64,000 nt of DNA from NCBI GenBank assembly GCA_938091995.1, contig CALKNZ010000027.1:3150-67149 (forward strand), given 5' to 3'. Positions 60,040 through 64,000 of this stretch are shown in pieces; positions within the stretch are counted from its first letter, which is position 1; each line of letters begins with the position of its first letter. The stretch comes from an uncultured Luminiphilus sp. GTDB taxonomy: Bacteria > Pseudomonadota > Gammaproteobacteria > Pseudomonadales > Halieaceae. The position numbers were made by a program, and so were the translations under genes. The notes beneath the pieces were generated by a model, which saw only the letters and a list, made by a program, of their open reading frames with translations, ran no database searches and was not told the DNA's origin.

Positions 60040-61803
60040 TCAGAACCAATCAAGCGAGAAGCTAGAGAGCGTGTCAGCACCATCTAAAATAGTACCCGCA
60101 TGTGCCTTGCAGCGAGGCAGAATACGCGCGCCGTAGAACGAGGCAGTCGCTATTTTACGACGGCAAAAATCGCTATTCACGTCGGCTGCAAGCTGAGTTT
60201 CTGCGACGAGAGCTGATCGGGCCAACTGCCACCCGCCAAAGAGATAACCTGTTTGCATAAGGTAGTCAAAAGCACCCCCAAACGCATTGAATCGATCAGA
60301 ACTGATTTGGTTCAGCAGGTGTTGAGTGGTGACCCGATGATCCTCCAAAGCGCTCGCCAGTGATTTGCCAAGCGCATGCAGCTCAGCGTGCGATGCCTGA
60401 GCCAACCGCTGAGCCACATCGGCTATTTCCGCCTGCATTAGCTCCATCCCAGAGCCACCGTCTCGAGCCAATTTACGATTCACTAGGTCGGCCGCCTGAA
60501 TACCATTGGTGCCCTCATAAATCGGTGTAATGCGGACATCACGCAGATACTGAGCCGCACCCGTCTCCTCGATGAAGCCCATTCCTCCGTGAACTTGCAC
60601 ACCTAAGGAAGTGAGTTCCACACCAATCTCAGTACACCAGCCTTTGATAACCGGAATCATCAGATCAATACGTTGACGTTGCTCACCCTTAATATCGGCC
60701 TGTCCATAATGCGCCAAATCCATGGTGACCGCTTCGTTATAAGCCAGGGCACGCATTGCCTCAATCAAAGCTCGCATGGTCATCAGCATGCGCTTAACGT
60801 CTGCATGTTCAATAATTGCGACGCCACTCTGCACACGCTCACGAGCGTAAGCCACCGCTTTTTGGTAAGCCCCCTCAGACGCCCCCACGCCCTGTAAACC
60901 TACCTTCAACCGGGCCTCGTTCATCATGGTAAACATGCAAGCCAAACCGTTGTTTTCTTCACCCACGAGGTAGCCTATGGCGCCATCCTTATCGCCATAG
61001 GCCATGACACAGGTAGGACTGCCATGAATGCCCAACTTGTGCTCAGTAGAAACCGGAAATGCGTCGTTGCGCTCGCCCAAACTCCCGTCGGCATTAACCA
61101 AATACTTAGGAACAATAAACAGCGAAATCCCTTTGCTTCCAGCCGGGGCGTCAGGAAGGCGTGCCAAGACGAGATGGACAATGTTTTCCGTGGCATCGTG
61201 ATCGCCCCAAGTGATATATATTTTTTGGCCAAAAATACGGTAGTGATCGCCATGCCGTTCGGCCCGCGTTTTTACCGGCCCCAAGTCAGACCCTGCACCC
61301 GACTCCGTAAGGTTCATGGTGCCAGACCACTCACCGCTATTAATTTTGGCAAGGTAAATAGCTTTAAGAGCGTCACTGGCGTGAGCGCTGATGGCCAATG
61401 CAGCACCAGAACTGAGAAACGGCTCCAAGGCGAACGCCATGTCGGCACCGTTCCAAATTTCTGCTGCCGCGGTGCCATATATCTCGGGCAGGCCCTGCCC
61501 CCCGGCGTCGGCGTCGGCGGAAATACCAACCCAACCGCCCGCGCCCAGTTCACGTATAGCATCGCCATAACCGGGTGGTATATTGACTTTGCCGTTAACG
61601 CAGGTCACCGGATGGGTATCGCCCACTCGACGCAACGGTGCGACAACATCGCTTCCCAGCTTACCCGCCTCATCCAGCAGCGCGGTTGTTAAATCGGGAC
61701 CCACGCCAACGTCGGCAAAACGCTCCAATGACCCCAACTTTTCAGCGACATCAATAACGTCGTCAATGAGAAACTGCATATCGGCAAGTGGTGCGGTGTA
61801 CAT
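60040..61803 (-). CDS. Long-type acyl-CoA dehydrogenase (DmdC-like subfamily possible)
   Basis: MYTAPL start with GGAGA RBS, TMNLTE..AGSDLG, GQKIYITWGDHD, EHKLGIHGSPTC, QVHGGMGFIEETG, IYEGTNGIQA. Confidence 0.92.
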   Translation of the reverse strand: MYTAPLADMQFLIDDVIDVAEKLGSLERFADVGVGPDLTTALLDEAGKLGSDVVAPLRRVGDTHPVTCVNGKVNIPPGYGDAIRELGAGGWVGISADADAGGQGLPEIYGTAAAEIWNGADMAFALEPFLSSGAALAISAHASDALKAIYLAKINSGEWSGTMNLTESGAGSDLGPVKTRAERHGDHYRIFGQKIYITWGDHDATENIVHLVLARLPDAPAGSKGISLFIVPKYLVNADGSLGERNDAFPVSTEHKLGIHGSPTCVMAYGDKDGAIGYLVGEENNGLACMFTMMNEARLKVGLQGVGASEGAYQKAVAYARERVQSGVAIIEHADVKRMLMTMRALIEAMRALAYNEAVTMDLAHYGQADIKGEQRQRIDLMIPVIKGWCTEIGVELTSLGVQVHGGMGFIEETGAAQYLRDVRITPIYEGTNGIQAADLVNRKLARDGGSGMELMQAEIADVAQRLAQASHAELHALGKSLASALEDHRVTTQHLLNQISSDRFNAFGGAFDYLMQTGYLFGGWQLARSALVAETQLAADVNSDFCRRKIATASFYGARILPRCKAHAGTILDGADTLSSFSLDWF

Positions 61804-61941
61804 AAATTCTCCGTTCGTTTGTAATAGCGCCAGCATCAGGGACAATGGTAAAAAGCGCCCTGCAAAGCGACTTGTTGTGCGACTTGTTATGATTGTAGCC
61901 CCGAGTAGTGCTGTTGCGCCTTATTTGCACGAGAAAGAGCC

Positions 61942-62886
61942 GTGAAAGATCTTAATCGAATTGACCTAAATTTGCTGGTTTACCTCGACGTTTTGCTGCG
62001 AGAGCGAAATGTTACTCAGGCGGCCAATCAACTGGGGCTATCACAACCCGCAATGAGCAACGGTCTGCGTCGTCTGCGAGATTTATTCAACGATCCACTG
62101 CTGGTGCGAACTTCTGACGGCATGTCACCCACCGCCAGAGCACTGGAGCTAGAACCGCTCATTAGAGAAGTGCTGGGGGGTGTAGAGCGAGCCATTCAGC
62201 CGACCTCAGATTTTGAACCGAGGGAGGCGAATCAGGTGATTCGTGTCATGGCATCGGATTATGCAGAGTCCACTTTATTTCCTACCGTTATCAAAGCGCT
62301 ACGAGAGCAGGCGCCCGGCCTCACCCTCGATGTTATGACGCCGTCTGACGTCAGCTTTTTAGACGTTGAGCGGGGCAAGATCGATCTGGTGATAAACCGC
62401 TTCGACCACATGCCACAATCATTTCATCAGATCACCCTGTGGTCAGATCCGTTTACCTGCCTCATGAGCCGTGACAATCCTATTCTCGGCCAGTTCGATC
62501 TCAAAGCCTACTTGGATGCTGATCATATATGGGTCAGTAAAACGGGGATGGGGGTTGGGGTTGGAGTTGATCCCGACGATGTTCAACGACTGGGCTGGGT
62601 TGATAGCGCCCTTGCCCAGATGAACAAGCAACGACGAATTCGAGTTTTCACGCGCCACTATCAAGCGGCCATGACCCTTGCCGAGGAAAACGACCTTATT
62701 GTGACCCTGCCTAGCCGCGCCACTTGGCTAAAGCGCGACAATCCCAGAGTTGTCGTGAGACCCGTTCCCTTTGAGGTGCCACCGCTGGAACTGAAAATGG
62801 CTTGGAGCCCGTTACTGCAGCACAACCCGGCCCACCGCTGGATACGTCAAACCATTACCCGCATTGCCAGGGACTTAAATGCCTAG
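61942..62886 (+). CDS. LysR-family transcriptional regulator
   Basis: DLNLLVYLDVLLRERNVTQAA..LGLSQPAMSNGLRRLR HTH; upstream of glcB. Confidence 0.95.
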   Translation: MKDLNRIDLNLLVYLDVLLRERNVTQAANQLGLSQPAMSNGLRRLRDLFNDPLLVRTSDGMSPTARALELEPLIREVLGGVERAIQPTSDFEPREANQVIRVMASDYAESTLFPTVIKALREQAPGLTLDVMTPSDVSFLDVERGKIDLVINRFDHMPQSFHQITLWSDPFTCLMSRDNPILGQFDLKAYLDADHIWVSKTGMGVGVGVDPDDVQRLGWVDSALAQMNKQRRIRVFTRHYQAAMTLAEENDLIVTLPSRATWLKRDNPRVVVRPVPFEVPPLELKMAWSPLLQHNPAHRWIRQTITRIARDLNA

Positions 62887-62945
62887 CGCCCCGTCTCTTA
62901 GTCGCAAATTGTGCGCCTGAAACAGCTGTTGCCCCCCACCAAGTC

Positions 62946-62992
62946 ATTCACAAAATCAATACCACTTATAAAAGGCATTTCTGGCATTTATA
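62946..62992 (+). promoter_or_regulatory. Candidate LysR operator upstream of glcB
   Basis: ATT-N9-AAT (T-N11-A) at 62946-62960 and TATAAA-N14-TTTATA at 62967-62992 in AT-rich intergenic DNA. Confidence 0.35.
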
Positions 62993-63077
62993 GGCTTAAA
63001 TCATTGAAAATAGTGCCTTTGACAATGCGCTGCCACTAAAAAACTGGCTACAGCGGGACCCATTTGAGGAGAAAACC

Positions 63078-64000
63078 ATGGCTGAACGTATCGCCTGCGC
63101 GGGCTTGCAAGTTGACGCAGGGCTGCACGCGCTGTTGGAGACCGATATCTTACCGGGTACTGATGTCAGTCCTAATCAATTCTGGTCGGGCTTGGCCGCT
63201 ATTTTGACGGAGATGATGCCGCGCAATGCCGAGCTGCTCGAAATAAGGGCGGACATGCAGTCTAAGCTCGATAATTGGCACCGGGAACATCCTAAAGACG
63301 TTTTCAATGCTGACGAGTACAAGACCTTTTTAGAGGACATAGGGTACCTGCTGCCTCAACCCAAACATGTGCAAGTCACGACCACTCATGTGGACGAAGA
63401 AGTTGCGCAGGTTGCCGGGCCGCAACTGGTGGTACCCGTTATGAATGCGCGCTTTGCATTGAACGCTGCCAATGCGCGCTGGGGTAGCCTCTATGATGCA
63501 CTTTACGGTACCGATGTGATTCCCGAGGATAACGGTGCGGAGCGCGCTGGCGGCTACAACCCCGTGCGTGGTGATCGGGTTATTGCTTGGGCCAGAGCGT
63601 TCTTAAATCAAAACTTCCCATTAGAAACAGGAAGCCACAGCGACGCGACGAACTACACCGTTGAGGCAGGCGCCCTACAGGTAAAACAGAAAGACGGCAG
63701 TTTTGCGACGCTGCGGGCCAGCGAACAATGGGTGGGCTACACGGGCGAGGCCACTCAACCGACCTCCATCTTGCTTAGAAACAACGGACTGCACGCCGAG
63801 ATACAGATTGACAGCAACCACCCCGTGGGACAAACCGATCCTGCGGGGGTCAAAGATGTGTGCCTGGAATCAGCCTTAACCACGATACAAGACTGTGAGG
63901 ACTCGGTAGCCGCGGTAGATGCCGAAGATAAGATTGTGGTCTATCAAAATTGGTTAGGGCTGATGCGAGGCGATCTTGCAGAAAGCTTTCAAAAAGGCGG
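63078..64000 (+). CDS. glcB: Malate synthase G, runs off window edge
   Basis: Not in the ORF track; GAGGAG RBS, MAERIACAGLQVD..., AGPQLVVPVMNARFALNAANARWGSLYDALYGTD, TTIQDCEDSVAAVDAEDK. Confidence 0.96.
   Translation, partial: MAERIACAGLQVDAGLHALLETDILPGTDVSPNQFWSGLAAILTEMMPRNAELLEIRADMQSKLDNWHREHPKDVFNADEYKTFLEDIGYLLPQPKHVQVTTTHVDEEVAQVAGPQLVVPVMNARFALNAANARWGSLYDALYGTDVIPEDNGAERAGGYNPVRGDRVIAWARAFLNQNFPLETGSHSDATNYTVEAGALQVKQKDGSFATLRASEQWVGYTGEATQPTSILLRNNGLHAEIQIDSNHPVGQTDPAGVKDVCLESALTTIQDCEDSVAAVDAEDKIVVYQNWLGLMRGDLAESFQKG

Noticed and set aside
1-64000. CRISPR arrays, tRNA/rRNA, IS elements, integrases, prophage or defence systems
   Set aside because: No periodic repeats, RNA-gene signatures or mobile/defence protein motifs seen by eye; nearly all sequence is explained by identifiable CDS.

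Overview
Gene-dense, mostly core-genome window from a gammaproteobacterium; gene order and content suggest a marine Cellvibrionales/OM60-NOR5 (Halieaceae-like) genome, which is an inference. It contains the end of a surface-polysaccharide locus (WecA/WbpL-like, epimerase), comEA-pyrF-lapB-lapA-ihfB, the gyrA-serC-pheA-tyrA-aroA-cmk-rpsA supraoperon, mtaD-ubiG-mupP-yciK, PHP-yciO-scpAB-rluB, a yciB/SH3/ppiA/pdxJ/rluA/rimO/rsmE run, msrA, a VWA + Pam18/TimB-like J-protein + htpX + Deg1-like protease cluster, two Na+/amino-acid symporters, a type II secretion cluster (gspC-N) preceded by a degenerate GGDEF protein, a TPP-riboswitch thiamine uptake operon (TonB receptor, YkoF-like, PnuT, kinase, panE), a myxobacterial-style FHA-like sigma54 activator + membrane Ser/Thr (pseudo)kinase pair, ampE-ampD-nadC, and rraA-acyl-CoA dehydrogenase-LysR-glcB. 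I saw no rRNA, tRNA, CRISPR array, prophage, integrase or transposase. The best candidates for uncharacterised systems are the activator/kinase pair (54.1-57.0 kb), the VWA/J-protein quality-control module (29.6-33.4 kb) and the I-site-only GGDEF protein ahead of the T2SS (48.1-49.2 kb). All calls come from motif recognition by eye; no database search was run.
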